A stretch of 64,000 nucleotides of DNA from an uncultured delta proteobacterium (GCA_963850305.1 CAWKKR010000007.1:832001-896000), one strand, 5' to 3'. Counted from the first letter of the stretch, positions 21,739 through 31,841 are shown. The notes: generated by a model from the letters alone, not told the origin. Program-made: numbers and translations.

Positions 21739-22352
21739 GCTCGCACTCTACTCTCTTCGGTGTCACCGAGATCGAGCGCCTCGAACAGTGCCCCGAGCAT
21801 TCGATGCGTAAGCCCCCACACGAGCCGGCCATCAACGTCGTACGCGGGTAGGGCAAGCGTGCGTCGCTCGAAGGTGTACGAGAACGTCGCGTCGCTTGCG
21901 CCGGACGCCAGTCGGTCGAGCGACGCCCAGACCGTCTCCTCCACCTCGCGAACGTTCGGGACCAGGACCGGTTCACCCTGAATCGCGAACACGAACGGGG
22001 CGATCACGAGTCCTGCGCGCCTTCCTCCGGCGACCGCAGGCAGATCATCGAGGCGCCCGATGAAGTGCTCGTTGCGATTCAAACGAAGGCCGACCTCCTC
22101 GTGCGTCTCACGGATGGCCGTCGAAATGAGATCGACGTCGCTCCCCGCCTCTCTACCGCCCGGGAACGCCATGTGCCCTGACCAGGGATCGCCGGGCACT
22201 TCGGAACGACGGATCAGCAGAACCTCGGCGGAGTCCGGGCGGTCCCGCAGGATGATGGCGACCGCCGCGAAGGTCTCGCCCCTCTCGAGAGCCGTGGATC
22301 GGTGCCGATGCCCGCTGAGGCGCGTCCGGACGAGATCGACATCGATGCGCAT
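21735..22352 (-). CDS. Nudix hydrolase, CoA pyrophosphatase (NudL-like)
   Basis: LLIRRS...WSGHMAFPGG, Nudix box TAIRETHEEVG and VWGLT. Confidence 0.9.
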   Translation of the reverse strand: MRIDVDLVRTRLSGHRHRSTALERGETFAAVAIILRDRPDSAEVLLIRRSEVPGDPWSGHMAFPGGREAGSDVDLISTAIRETHEEVGLRLNRNEHFIGRLDDLPAVAGGRRAGLVIAPFVFAIQGEPVLVPNVREVEETVWASLDRLASGASDATFSYTFERRTLALPAYDVDGRLVWGLTHRMLGALFEALDLGDTEESRVRA

Positions 22353-22470
22353 GGGGTCGTTCGAGTGAAGCACCTTTTTCGCGCTTGCGCGCGACGTCGA
22401 CGAAAACCATTGGCTCCGGCCGCTTTTTTGCGATCAGCACCGTGCCGTTGCGCTGTAGCCTGACCCCGCC

Positions 22471-24246
22471 ATGAACCTTCGTCGCACGCTCGTCTCCGTA
22501 TTTGCGGTCGGCTTCGTCTGGTCTCTCGTCACGACGGCGTCGGCCTTCCCCGGATTCTTCGCCTACCGCGGCCAGAGGCCGGTGAATCTGTCGACGCACG
22601 TCGTGTTGATGAAAAAAGACCCGATGACCGTGGTCTCGATCATGCCGGACTACGAGGGCGACCTGAAGCCGTTCGCCGTCGTGATGCCCGTGCCCGACGA
22701 CGTGAAGGCGGCTCAGGTTCGCACGCTGCGCCGGGATTTCGTCGATCGCGTCGATCAGATAAGCGCGCCCCGGTTTCACGAGTTCTGGGAGATGGACCCC
22801 TGCGACCCGGGAAAGCTCGAGCAAGAATGGGAGCGGGATCTGAGCGTGCACGGAGGCGGCTTTCTCGGGATGGATTTCGGCAACGGCGCGTCGGAGTCAA
22901 CGACGTTCAAGCCGGGCAAGGAAATGGGGATTTCGGTCTTGCCGGAGTTCAAATCCGGGGAACAGAAATTCTCGATCGTCCCGAACAGCGAGGCTTCCGA
23001 CATAGCGGGCTGGCTCGAGAAGCGCGGTTATTCGTCGCCCGACGGCGTCGACCGAGCGGTAGCCCCATACGTCAAGGCGGGCATGCAATTCCTGGTCGCC
23101 GAGATCGACACGAAGAAGGTCGAACTCACCGGGGGCGACCGCGCAGTGATCTCCCCGATTCGCTACGTCACGAACGAGCCGGTTACCATCGCGTCGACGC
23201 TTGGCCTGTTGAACGCAAAGGACAAGCAGGAGCTCTTCATCTACGTGCTGCACCCGGAGCTTCGATTCGAGGTGAAGAATTATGCGAATGCGTTCCCTCC
23301 GACCAACATCGAGGTGGACTTCAAGGTGAAGGAGCGCCTCGGAGAATTCTACGCCACGCTTCACGATGCGCTCTTGAAGAAGGCCCCGCTCACGTTCCTG
23401 GACGAGTACGCGTGGCCTACGACCGGCTGCGGTCGACCATGTACGAACGAGCCGTTGATGCTCAGCGAGCTTCTGACGCTCGGCGGAGACGTGTTCGAGG
23501 ACGCGCTACCGAAAGCCGAGCGAGAACCGAAGCCGCCAGATATGACGGACGACGAGAAGAAGGCCTTCAAGGAGATCAAGGACGCGAAGCAGAAGAAGCA
23601 GATCGAGCATGATCGCAAGGAGAGCGCGCGGCGTAGAGCAATGATCGCGCGGAACCATTACATGCTCTCGCGGATGCACTTCCGGTACGACAAGACCACG
23701 CTGCCGAGAGATATAGAGGTAGGACCCGGCGCCCAAGTCGAAGGCGGCATCGGAGTTCCGACCGGGCCCAAGGCGACTCTGCCGCTCGATGTAAAACCTG
23801 CGACGGTGAGCCGCTTTCAGACGAGGTTCGTGTCGTTCCATCCGAGCCCCGCGGTGCCTCATTGTGACAAGCCGGAGCGCTATCGATGGGGGAAATCGCC
23901 GCGGACATATCTGGGTCTTCGGAAAATCTGGACGGCCCAGGATCTCGCAACCAAGAACAGGACGAACTTCAAGCTCGCAGACGCGGTGTACACGCCAATC
24001 CCAGCCCTTGGGCTTGCGGGTCAACCAGGCTTGCTCGGAGGCGTCGCGGAAACGAAGAGCTTCTTGCCACAACCCGCGCCCTCGGCGTCGGCAACGTCGA
24101 CGGAGAGCGACACGAACCACAAGACAGGTAGCTGCTCCCTCGTGCATGAAAGCGCACCGGTCGGTAAGGACTGGGCGCTCCTGGCCGCGGGGTTCTGCGC
24201 CCTTCTTCGCCGTCGACGGTCTACTGGCTCGCGTCGGGCATCGTGA
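22471..24246 (+). CDS. DUF2330-like secreted protein with MYXO-CTERM-like tail
   Basis: Signal peptide ending ASA-FPGFF; FAVVMPVP, APR..EFWEMDPC, and a C-terminal GSCSL...WALLAAGFCALLRRRR. Confidence 0.75.
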   Translation: MNLRRTLVSVFAVGFVWSLVTTASAFPGFFAYRGQRPVNLSTHVVLMKKDPMTVVSIMPDYEGDLKPFAVVMPVPDDVKAAQVRTLRRDFVDRVDQISAPRFHEFWEMDPCDPGKLEQEWERDLSVHGGGFLGMDFGNGASESTTFKPGKEMGISVLPEFKSGEQKFSIVPNSEASDIAGWLEKRGYSSPDGVDRAVAPYVKAGMQFLVAEIDTKKVELTGGDRAVISPIRYVTNEPVTIASTLGLLNAKDKQELFIYVLHPELRFEVKNYANAFPPTNIEVDFKVKERLGEFYATLHDALLKKAPLTFLDEYAWPTTGCGRPCTNEPLMLSELLTLGGDVFEDALPKAEREPKPPDMTDDEKKAFKEIKDAKQKKQIEHDRKESARRRAMIARNHYMLSRMHFRYDKTTLPRDIEVGPGAQVEGGIGVPTGPKATLPLDVKPATVSRFQTRFVSFHPSPAVPHCDKPERYRWGKSPRTYLGLRKIWTAQDLATKNRTNFKLADAVYTPIPALGLAGQPGLLGGVAETKSFLPQPAPSASATSTESDTNHKTGSCSLVHESAPVGKDWALLAAGFCALLRRRRSTGSRRAS

Positions 24247-25399
24247 CCCCGCGGAAACCGCTTGCCACGAGGTAATACCGGAACACGTCTCGGCCGACCT
24301 CGTTCGCCTTGCGCCGATACGACGGACCATTTTCGAGCAGAACGCTGAGCGCTATCCGCGGATTGCGGCTGGGTGCGAACCCGATGAACCAGCTGGTCGT
24401 GGGTTCATCGGGGCCTGCTTGCAGCGTTCCGGTCTTACCCGCAGCGCGCACATCTCCGAGGTAGGAGCGCCCTTCCGCGTTCGTGAATGCCTGGAGTGAG
24501 GTGCCGCTGTTCACCGTGACTTCCATCATGCGACGGAGCTCGCGGGCCGTCTCCTCTTGCATGACTCGACCCTCGAACTCGGGGTGCTCGGGCGCGGCGT
24601 AATGGGCCGCGCAGCTCACCAGATGGAGCGCGAGCCTCCTTCCACCGGTGGCCACTATCGTTGCCAGAACAAGGGCCCCCATGGGTGAAAGCCGGCTTCC
24701 GACAAACCCCGCTGCTGCTCGCGCAAATGACAGTTCCCCGATCGGGACCTTGAGCGTCCCCATCGGCGCGGGAACGTCCACGGGCGCGTCGGCCCCGAAC
24801 CCAAACCGACCCGCCGTGGTCAGGAGAACGTCGGGCGTCAGAAAGCGAGTCGCCAGCTGAGCGAACACCGCGTTCCGGCTTCGCCCGAGGGCTTCGCCGA
24901 ACGGACCGCAGAGCGCGCGCCCCGATCGGGGTCGGAACAGGTTGTCTTCCGAGATTCGGGTCCCTCCGCCTTCGACGCACACCATTCGAGCAGGGTCGAC
25001 GTGCTTCTCCAGCAACGCCGTCGTCGTGATCAGCTTGAATACACTCGCCGCCGGCGCGAGCGTGTCGACGGCGACTTCTGGGGCGGGAGCACCGTTCCGG
25101 TATCCCGCCCACGCCAGGATGCGCCCCGACCTGGCGTCCGCGACGAGGATTGCGCCCGATACCGGCCGAGCGGCGGCGAGGAGACGCATGGCCGCGCGCT
25201 GTAGGAAGGGCTCCAGGGTGAGGGTGGCCGTGCCTCCATTTTCCACGTTCGCAGAGGCCGCATCCGCCGTGAGACGGATCGTATCGATATGGATTCGGGG
25301 CGTTGCGTCCGGGAATCCGCGACCTAGCGCGGGAACCGCTGCCGCGACCGCGGCGAGCGCGGTCGGGACCGCGAACCGAGCAACGCGGGCACCGAGCAT
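24221..25399 (-). CDS. Penicillin-binding protein consisting almost only of the transpeptidase domain
   Basis: SxxK (ASVFK), SxN (SRN), KTG (GKTGT) and SWFIGFAP; N-terminal hydrophobic segment. Confidence 0.85.
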   Translation of the reverse strand: MLGARVARFAVPTALAAVAAAVPALGRGFPDATPRIHIDTIRLTADAASANVENGGTATLTLEPFLQRAAMRLLAAARPVSGAILVADARSGRILAWAGYRNGAPAPEVAVDTLAPAASVFKLITTTALLEKHVDPARMVCVEGGGTRISEDNLFRPRSGRALCGPFGEALGRSRNAVFAQLATRFLTPDVLLTTAGRFGFGADAPVDVPAPMGTLKVPIGELSFARAAAGFVGSRLSPMGALVLATIVATGGRRLALHLVSCAAHYAAPEHPEFEGRVMQEETARELRRMMEVTVNSGTSLQAFTNAEGRSYLGDVRAAGKTGTLQAGPDEPTTSWFIGFAPSRNPRIALSVLLENGPSYRRKANEVGRDVFRYYLVASGFRGVTMPDASQ

Positions 25400-25545
25400 G
25401 TCGTGGGGCCTACCGGGGGTCGCCCATTCACGCAACTTTCCGGCTGTCGTTCGACTCGGTTCTTTAAGGGCGAGCTGATAATGGAGACAAGTTGGCCCGG
25501 ACTGACTGCGGGGTCGTACGATTTTCGTGAAGAACCGGAGGCCCA

Positions 25546-25878
25546 ATGCACCGTCGATTGAACCAGCGCGCGCGAACGGATTGCGATGTCCAGACCCATC
25601 GGGGGACCGTGGTGTCCTCGTATAGAGGCGTCGAGCTATCGCCGACCGGGATCGTCATCGATCGAGGACGGCCTGTCGGCGAGCACGATCAAGGGCTCTA
25701 CGTCGAAATGGAGATTCGACTTCCAGAACGGGTCACGCCGCTCTGGGCGCTCGCCCGACCCGTGTGGTCGTTTGGCACCCAGCAGGCGTTCAAGTTCGTG
25801 AGGATGTCGGACGTCGATCGCCTGAACCTTGCCGAACACGTCGACCTCGCTGAGATCAGGGATCTCGTTCTTCATTGA
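25546..25878 (+). CDS. Stand-alone PilZ-like domain protein
   Basis: RxxxR (RLNQR), ELSPTG variant of D/NxSxxG, and a PilZ-like C-terminus 'ARPVW...AFKF'. Confidence 0.65.
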   Translation: MHRRLNQRARTDCDVQTHRGTVVSSYRGVELSPTGIVIDRGRPVGEHDQGLYVEMEIRLPERVTPLWALARPVWSFGTQQAFKFVRMSDVDRLNLAEHVDLAEIRDLVLH

Positions 25879-26045
25879 CGAGAGCGGACGCGTGACCCGG
25901 GAACGTTTGAGTTCCAGAGTTCGAGCCTGACGTCTTCGGGTGTATCGTCGTCGCCCGGCGAGGACGCTCACATAACGACGGAGCCCTCGGATTGGCGCGT
26001 CGGACCGGGTAGCATGGAACTCGCAATCGACGCGCCCCGACAACC

Positions 26046-26804
26046 TCATCCGAAGCGTTCGAATCCTGCGACCGTCCGGCCGCCGTCTACGTGGATCTCG
26101 TGGCCTGTGACGAACGGAGCCCCGGCAAGATAGACGACCGCGTCGGCTACGTCCTCGGGCGTCCCGAATCTGCCCAGGGGAATGCGTCCACGAATCCTCT
26201 CCAGAGCCTGTGCCGCCATATCGTCCGGAGGCAACACCGTTCCGGGCGCGACCGCGTTGACCCGGACGTCCGGCGCGAGCTCGAGCGATAGGGCACGAAC
26301 CAGGTGTCGCAAGGCACCCTTCGAAACTACGTACGGCAGATGGCGACGGAACGGCACCGTCGCGCTCGAACAGGTGATGAAGACGATCGCGCCACGGGTC
26401 GCTCGCAAATGCGGCGCTGCTCGTTGGGCCAGCGTGAACGGCGACGTGAGGTTCAGTGCGAGCATGCGATCCCAGGCGGCGTCGGTGACCTCTTCGAGCG
26501 ACGCCATTTCAAAGGCAGCGGCGCTGGGCACGAGCAGATCCAGACCACCGAGTTTGCCGATCGCGTCGTCGACGAGTTGACGTGCGCCATCCCTCGTTGC
26601 AAGGTCAGCATGCAGTGGAATTGCCGCGCCCCCCGCCTCGATGACAAGGGCGCATGTTGCATCCGCCTCGGCCGCGCTCGTGTGAAAGTGCACCCCGACT
26701 TGCATTCCGGCCCGGCCGAGCGCCAGGGCAATCACACGCCCCACGCGTTTGCCGGCGCCGGTCACCAGCGCACGGCGTCCGGCCAGTCCGCGTAACCCGC
26801 TCAA
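26046..26804 (-). CDS. SDR oxidoreductase, pteridine reductase/FolM-like
   Basis: TGAGKRVG, VHFHTS, YVVSK, VNAVAPG and VTGHEIHVDGG. Confidence 0.85.
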   Translation of the reverse strand: MSGLRGLAGRRALVTGAGKRVGRVIALALGRAGMQVGVHFHTSAAEADATCALVIEAGGAAIPLHADLATRDGARQLVDDAIGKLGGLDLLVPSAAAFEMASLEEVTDAAWDRMLALNLTSPFTLAQRAAPHLRATRGAIVFITCSSATVPFRRHLPYVVSKGALRHLVRALSLELAPDVRVNAVAPGTVLPPDDMAAQALERIRGRIPLGRFGTPEDVADAVVYLAGAPFVTGHEIHVDGGRTVAGFERFG

Positions 26805-27523
26805 AGTGGGAACGTCACTTTCGCCGGCCAGCTCCCGGGTGACGGATATTTCGCTTCCTCGAGCACGGAGACGACGCAGTCAACGGCCTTTTCTCCCGAC
26901 TCGTCGCTCGACGCGACGCCCGCAGTCACGGCCGCGCCGCTCGGGTCGACATAGACGGTGGCCGTGAACGTGCCTCGAGCGCCTCGCTTGCAAGCGCTCA
27001 GTTTCGACGACAACGAGCCAACGGTCTCCTCGACGCGACTCGGAGCCCAAGCTGTTGGCGGGCGCTCGTCGTTCGGCATGTCGAACCCGAAGGAATTGTG
27101 AGCAACGCCGTACGTCCCCCCTTGCGGTTCGGGCCAGGTCCTCTGCCGGAGGGCGTCGAGCATGCACTTTTCCGTCTTGCGATCGCCAATCGTGGACCGT
27201 TCGGCGTATGCCCGCAAGATATGCCCGCTGTCATCGATTTTCACGAAGAACGCGATGTCGCCGCCCTCGAGTTCGTTTCGCTGAGCGCCGGCGCTCAGAC
27301 ACCTTTCGAGATCCCCCTGGGCGCCTTGAAAGGTGGAGGTCACCTTCTCCTCGTCGAGGGCGCCTATTTCGGCGGACGCGGACATGGTGGGTCGATCGGG
27401 ATGATCGGGGACCGCAACCTGGTCATCGACCGTCTTCGGAGCGGGCGTCTCTGCGCCGCCGCAACCCGACCCGGCCAGCAGAGGCGCAGAGAACAGCATC
27501 GAGAAGGCAAGTCGATATCGCAT
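26801..27523 (-). CDS. Lipoprotein with two TonB-C-like (AgmX/PglI-type) Cys-pair domains
   Basis: Lipobox GSGC; two modules, 'LERC...EKCM...WPEP' and 'LSAC...VDCV...YPSP..VTFPL'. Confidence 0.7.
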   Translation of the reverse strand: MRYRLAFSMLFSAPLLAGSGCGGAETPAPKTVDDQVAVPDHPDRPTMSASAEIGALDEEKVTSTFQGAQGDLERCLSAGAQRNELEGGDIAFFVKIDDSGHILRAYAERSTIGDRKTEKCMLDALRQRTWPEPQGGTYGVAHNSFGFDMPNDERPPTAWAPSRVEETVGSLSSKLSACKRGARGTFTATVYVDPSGAAVTAGVASSDESGEKAVDCVVSVLEEAKYPSPGSWPAKVTFPL

Positions 27524-27526
27524 GCG

Positions 27527-28564
27527 TTACTCCTCGAGCAAACTGCTCGCCACGGTGTCTGCGAGCGCAGCCTCGCCGCCGGCGCACGCTTCCAGAAATC
27601 GTGCATCGATGTACCCTCGCTGCAATGCGGGCATGGACTCGTCGGTCATCAGAAGGCCGATTGCTTCATGGGTGATCCTGGTTGCCGCGCGAGTTGCCAC
27701 CAGCGCAGCGCCGGCACATTCGGCGTGGGCCACCTCTCCGGAATCCAATCGCGCGACGGCGCTAGCCACGGTGAGCGTGGATGCGTCGAGCAGAGTCGCC
27801 ATGTCGCTGACCCCGAAGTCCTCGTGTTGGGAGCGTCGCCGGTCACTGCGACGGCGATCCGTGACCGCGTCGAATGCGCGCTGCGAAATGCCAATGGCCA
27901 TCGCCGCTGTGAGTACGCGCGAGACGTCGAGCGCGGTCCGGCGCACTGCGTGTGCAGCGTCACCGGTGGCCAGCACCGTCAGGACCGTTACCGGGACTTG
28001 AGTGAACTCCAACGTGGCCCTGGGAACGCGGGGGAGGCCGAGCCCCGAGTCCGCCGCGATGCGCCGAGCCGCCGCTGTCGGATCGAGCAGCCCCACGCGC
28101 GCTTCACCCGCGTCGTTCACGAAGAGAAGGATACAATCCGCCACGCTCGCACCGATGACGGCATCCACTCGTCCGCTGAACAGCCTCTTGCTGTCGTTCA
28201 AGCAGACGGGGTCATCGGCTGACCGAGCCGCATTCCCTACGAATGCGGTGCAACCCACGGCGCGCGCCGTCCTCGCGTCTTCCAGAGCTTGACTGTCCGC
28301 GTGGCTCGCCGCCAGCGTTCGCATGTAGAGCCACGCGCTGGACAACACGGCCCCCAGCGACGCGGAGCGACGGGACAATTGCGTAACAGCGACGGCTGCC
28401 GCTGAGGCGCGCATCTCCCTCAGAAAGCCGTGCGCTCCGAGCTCGGCGCTGGCGCGCCGGAAAAATCCCGATGGGTCACGGGGCAACCCATCCGCGACGT
28501 CGTCGACGAAGGCCCTCGAAGCGTCGAGCGTTCGCTGCGCCTCAGGTGTCCTCGTGAAATCCAT
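27527..28564 (-). CDS. Divergent acyl-CoA dehydrogenase-like protein
   Basis: MDFTRTPE start, LGL.....TLEF, SRVLTAAMAIGISQRAFD and YIDAR are ACAD-fold remnants; the canonical FAD and catalytic motifs are degenerate. Confidence 0.7.
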   Translation of the reverse strand: MDFTRTPEAQRTLDASRAFVDDVADGLPRDPSGFFRRASAELGAHGFLREMRASAAAVAVTQLSRRSASLGAVLSSAWLYMRTLAASHADSQALEDARTARAVGCTAFVGNAARSADDPVCLNDSKRLFSGRVDAVIGASVADCILLFVNDAGEARVGLLDPTAAARRIAADSGLGLPRVPRATLEFTQVPVTVLTVLATGDAAHAVRRTALDVSRVLTAAMAIGISQRAFDAVTDRRRSDRRRSQHEDFGVSDMATLLDASTLTVASAVARLDSGEVAHAECAGAALVATRAATRITHEAIGLLMTDESMPALQRGYIDARFLEACAGGEAALADTVASSLLEE

Positions 28565-28615
28565 CGGGGTCGAAAGGATAAGCGTCTTTGCCGGCCGGCT
28601 CCAGACCGATCGAAG

Positions 28616-29401
28616 TCACTCGAGGACTATCGCCGCGGGGAGCTCGTGCAACCGGTCGACGAGCGCTGGCTTCGGATGAACGGCCACGGCGATTCGAGCT
28701 GCCCTCAACATTTCCAAGTCGAAGACGTTATCGCCGAAGCTCGCGAGCCAATCGTGGGCATGAAGTAGCCTGGCGCCAATGACCGCCTTTTCCGGACCGT
28801 ATGGCACGGGGGCCTGCATGCTCGCGGAGATCGTCCCCCCGATTGTCACCGGATGGCTTGCTGCGACGGAGTCGACCTCAATCTTCGCCATGGCCAACGC
28901 CTCGGTTACGACCACGTGGGGCGATGCCGACACCACGATGGTCCGGACGCCCTCGGCGCGGGCGAAATCGAAGATTTCAAGGAGCTCGCGTCGAATTCGC
29001 GCCGGCAAACGGCGCTCGATCAGCACGCGCTGCGCGAGGGTTCGAAGCTCCTCGAGCGTGTGGCCGGCATAGCACCAGGTCATCACCTCGCAGGTGAGAA
29101 GCTCGCTCACTCGGCCATGCCGGTAGGCGGTGTGGAGCGCCTTCGCGACCGTCGATGCCGACCCGGCTGTCGAAAGGCCGTGCGCTCCTGCCACGTCGCG
29201 TAGCTTCGGCATCGCATCGGCGAGCAGGAGTTCATGCTCGCAGGCGAACGCGAATACGTCCTCGCCGACATCGCCGGACCAGAGCGTGCCATCCGCGTCG
29301 AAGGCCACACCGGCGAGCCCTGCGGCGCGGTCCCTGGCGAGCCGCTTGACCACGGCCGCCGCGTCCAGTCGTTCCAGAGTCATCGAGTCCAACTCTCGCA
29401 C
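28616..29401 (-). CDS. HAD-superfamily hydrolase (SerB-like)
   Basis: Motif I FDADGTLW, motif II VSAS, a conserved Lys, and motif IV FGDNVFD. Confidence 0.85.
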   Translation of the reverse strand: MRELDSMTLERLDAAAVVKRLARDRAAGLAGVAFDADGTLWSGDVGEDVFAFACEHELLLADAMPKLRDVAGAHGLSTAGSASTVAKALHTAYRHGRVSELLTCEVMTWCYAGHTLEELRTLAQRVLIERRLPARIRRELLEIFDFARAEGVRTIVVSASPHVVVTEALAMAKIEVDSVAASHPVTIGGTISASMQAPVPYGPEKAVIGARLLHAHDWLASFGDNVFDLEMLRAARIAVAVHPKPALVDRLHELPAAIVLE

Positions 29402-29421
29402 GGTCGTCGACGAAGCGACGT

Positions 29422-29766
29422 TCAGTTCTGAGACCGGAGCGACGCGCGAAAGGCGGGATCTCGCAGGAGAGCTGCGCGATTGGCATCCGGGGCAACTGCA
29501 GGCTGCCCGATGTTCGCCACGTGACGGAGCAAGAACGGGATGCTCGCCATCGCGCCGATGGTGGCCACGGCACTGACCCAGCGCGATTCGTCCGTCGCGG
29601 AGCGCTTGCGAGAAGGGGATGTCTCTTCATCGTCTAGGGTCACGAGAACCTCCGCTTCCTTCAGCTTAGCGGCAATCCGCTTCGCTCCTGTTTCTTTTTG
29701 GCGTCGCCACGGATCTCTCACGGGCGGGTCGCCACACGCGCACCGATACGCGTGCGCAGGATTCAT
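29422..29766 (-). CDS. Small hypothetical protein with one weak hydrophobic segment
   Basis: Its ATG overlaps the acs TGA (ATGA) and it fills the gap to the HAD gene. No recognisable motif. Confidence 0.4.
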   Translation of the reverse strand: MNPAHAYRCACGDPPVRDPWRRQKETGAKRIAAKLKEAEVLVTLDDEETSPSRKRSATDESRWVSAVATIGAMASIPFLLRHVANIGQPAVAPDANRAALLRDPAFRASLRSQN

Positions 29767-31763
29767 TCGTCCTGTGCGCGCAGTCGGGCGAGCACGGTCA
29801 GATCCTCCAACGTCGATGTATCCCCGGCTGATTCCCTTCCGGCTGCCACATCCTTCAAAAGGCGACGCATGATCTTGCCGCTGCGGGTCTTTGGCAGGCC
29901 TCCATTCGCGAATCGAACCTCATCTGGGCGAGCGAATTTCCCAATCTCCTTGCCGACATGGTCGATGAGGCTCATCTTCGTCTCCAGGCCGGGCTCGAAG
30001 CCCGGTTTCAGGGTCACGAAGACCACCAGCGCTTGCCCCTTCAGCTCGTCTGGACGCCCCACGGCGGCCGCTTCCGCTACGGCGGCGTGCGATACGACCG
30101 CACTCTCGATCTCCGCAGTCCCGATCCGGTGCCCCGCCACGTTGAGCACGTCGTCAATGCGACCGACGACCGTGAAGTACCCTTCCTCGTCACGCCGAGC
30201 ACCGTCCCCGGTGAAGTACATTCCAGTCACGTCGCCGAAGTATTGTTTTCGGAACCGCTCGTCGTCCCCCCACACTGTCCGTAGCATACTCGGCCACGGG
30301 CGTTTCATGACGAACATACCGCCCGCGCCCGGACCGACGCTCCCCCCGTTTCGTGTGACGACGTCCGGCTCGACGCCAAAAAAAGGCAAACCGGTCGATC
30401 CTGGCTTTGCGACGACCGCGCCGGGCAGCGTGGTCATCAGAATGGCTCCTGTCTCCGTTTGCCACCAGGTATCGATCACTGGGCACCGCTTCTTTCCCAC
30501 GGTCTCGAAATACCAGATCCAGGCTTCCGGATTGATTGGCTCGCCGACGCTCCCGAGGAGTCGCAGGCTAGACAGATCGGCTTTCCTTACCCATTCGTCG
30601 CCGGCCCGGATGAAGGCGCGAATGGCGGTCGGTGCGGTGTAGAGGATCGTGACCCGGTGCTTTTCGATGATGCGCCAGAACCGACCCCAATCAGGAAAGT
30701 TCGGCGCCCCCTCATAGAGGACGCATGTCGCGCCGTTCGAGAGCGGGCCATAGACGACGTAGCTGTGTCCGGTGACCCACCCGACATCCGCCGTGCACCA
30801 GTAGACGTCGTCGTCTCGGAGATCGAAGGCATACTTCGTGGAGACATGCACTCCCGCCAGATACCCGGCGGTCGTGTGTAAGATGCCCTTCGGCTTGCCC
30901 GTCAATCCGGACGTGTAGAGTACGAAGAGGGGGTGCTCGGCGTCGACAATCGCCGGGACACGGCCCTCGTCGTGGGTCGCCGCGCGAACCGCATCTTCCC
31001 ACTCGATGTCGCGCCCCTCCTTCATCGAGATCTTCAGTCGCTGCTCTCCGAGCCGACGAAATACGATCACCTTCTCGACGCTCGGCGTGGCTTCGACGGC
31101 CGTGTCGACGGTCGCCTTGAGTGGCACGACGGAACCGCGGCGGTATGCACCATCCTGGGTGATGACGACCTTTGCCCCGCAATCGTCGATGCGATCCCGC
31201 AAGGACTCCGCCGCGAATCCGCCGAAAACCACGGTGTGCGGCGCACCGATGCGCGCACAGGCGAGCATGGCGACGGCGGCTTCGGGGACCATCCCCATGT
31301 AGATTGCGACCCGGTCACCCGGCTTGACGCCGATCCGAACGAGCGCGGCTGCGAATGCGATGGTAGCGTCGTAGACGTCCCTGTATGTCATCGTCCGGGA
31401 GTCTCCGGCGGCACCCTCCGGCTCGCTTTCCCAGACGATTGCCGGCTTGTTCTCGACCGGCGTTCCCAGGAACCGATCGAGGCAGCTCTCCGTAACGTTC
31501 AGCTTTGCTCCCAGGAACCATTTTGCGTGGGGCAACTCCCACTCGAACGTCTTCTTCCACTGCTCGCGAAAAACCAGCTCCGAGGTTTCGCGCTTCCAGA
31601 ACGTGTCCGGCGAATCAAGGCTCTCCCTGTAAAGCCGTTCGTACTCTTCCTTCGATCGGATCCTCGCGCGGGCTCGAAAAGCCGGTGGCGGCTCGTACCG
31701 CCGGTTCTCCTCGAGGAACGTTGCAATCCCGTCTGATGACTCGACCATGGGTACTCCGGGCAT
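29763..31763 (-). CDS. acs: Acetyl-CoA synthetase
   Basis: YTSG(L)TGKPKG, TADVGWVTGHSY, DTWWQTETG and PKTRSGKIMRR. Confidence 0.96.
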   Translation of the reverse strand: MPGVPMVESSDGIATFLEENRRYEPPPAFRARARIRSKEEYERLYRESLDSPDTFWKRETSELVFREQWKKTFEWELPHAKWFLGAKLNVTESCLDRFLGTPVENKPAIVWESEPEGAAGDSRTMTYRDVYDATIAFAAALVRIGVKPGDRVAIYMGMVPEAAVAMLACARIGAPHTVVFGGFAAESLRDRIDDCGAKVVITQDGAYRRGSVVPLKATVDTAVEATPSVEKVIVFRRLGEQRLKISMKEGRDIEWEDAVRAATHDEGRVPAIVDAEHPLFVLYTSGLTGKPKGILHTTAGYLAGVHVSTKYAFDLRDDDVYWCTADVGWVTGHSYVVYGPLSNGATCVLYEGAPNFPDWGRFWRIIEKHRVTILYTAPTAIRAFIRAGDEWVRKADLSSLRLLGSVGEPINPEAWIWYFETVGKKRCPVIDTWWQTETGAILMTTLPGAVVAKPGSTGLPFFGVEPDVVTRNGGSVGPGAGGMFVMKRPWPSMLRTVWGDDERFRKQYFGDVTGMYFTGDGARRDEEGYFTVVGRIDDVLNVAGHRIGTAEIESAVVSHAAVAEAAAVGRPDELKGQALVVFVTLKPGFEPGLETKMSLIDHVGKEIGKFARPDEVRFANGGLPKTRSGKIMRRLLKDVAAGRESAGDTSTLEDLTVLARLRAQDE

Positions 31764-31841
31764 CAGGCTGCCCCTCTCTGGCCAGCAACGCAAATCGAAA
31801 GAAGACGGGTGACAATCGCGGTTGGTCTGTGTCCGGCGAGC

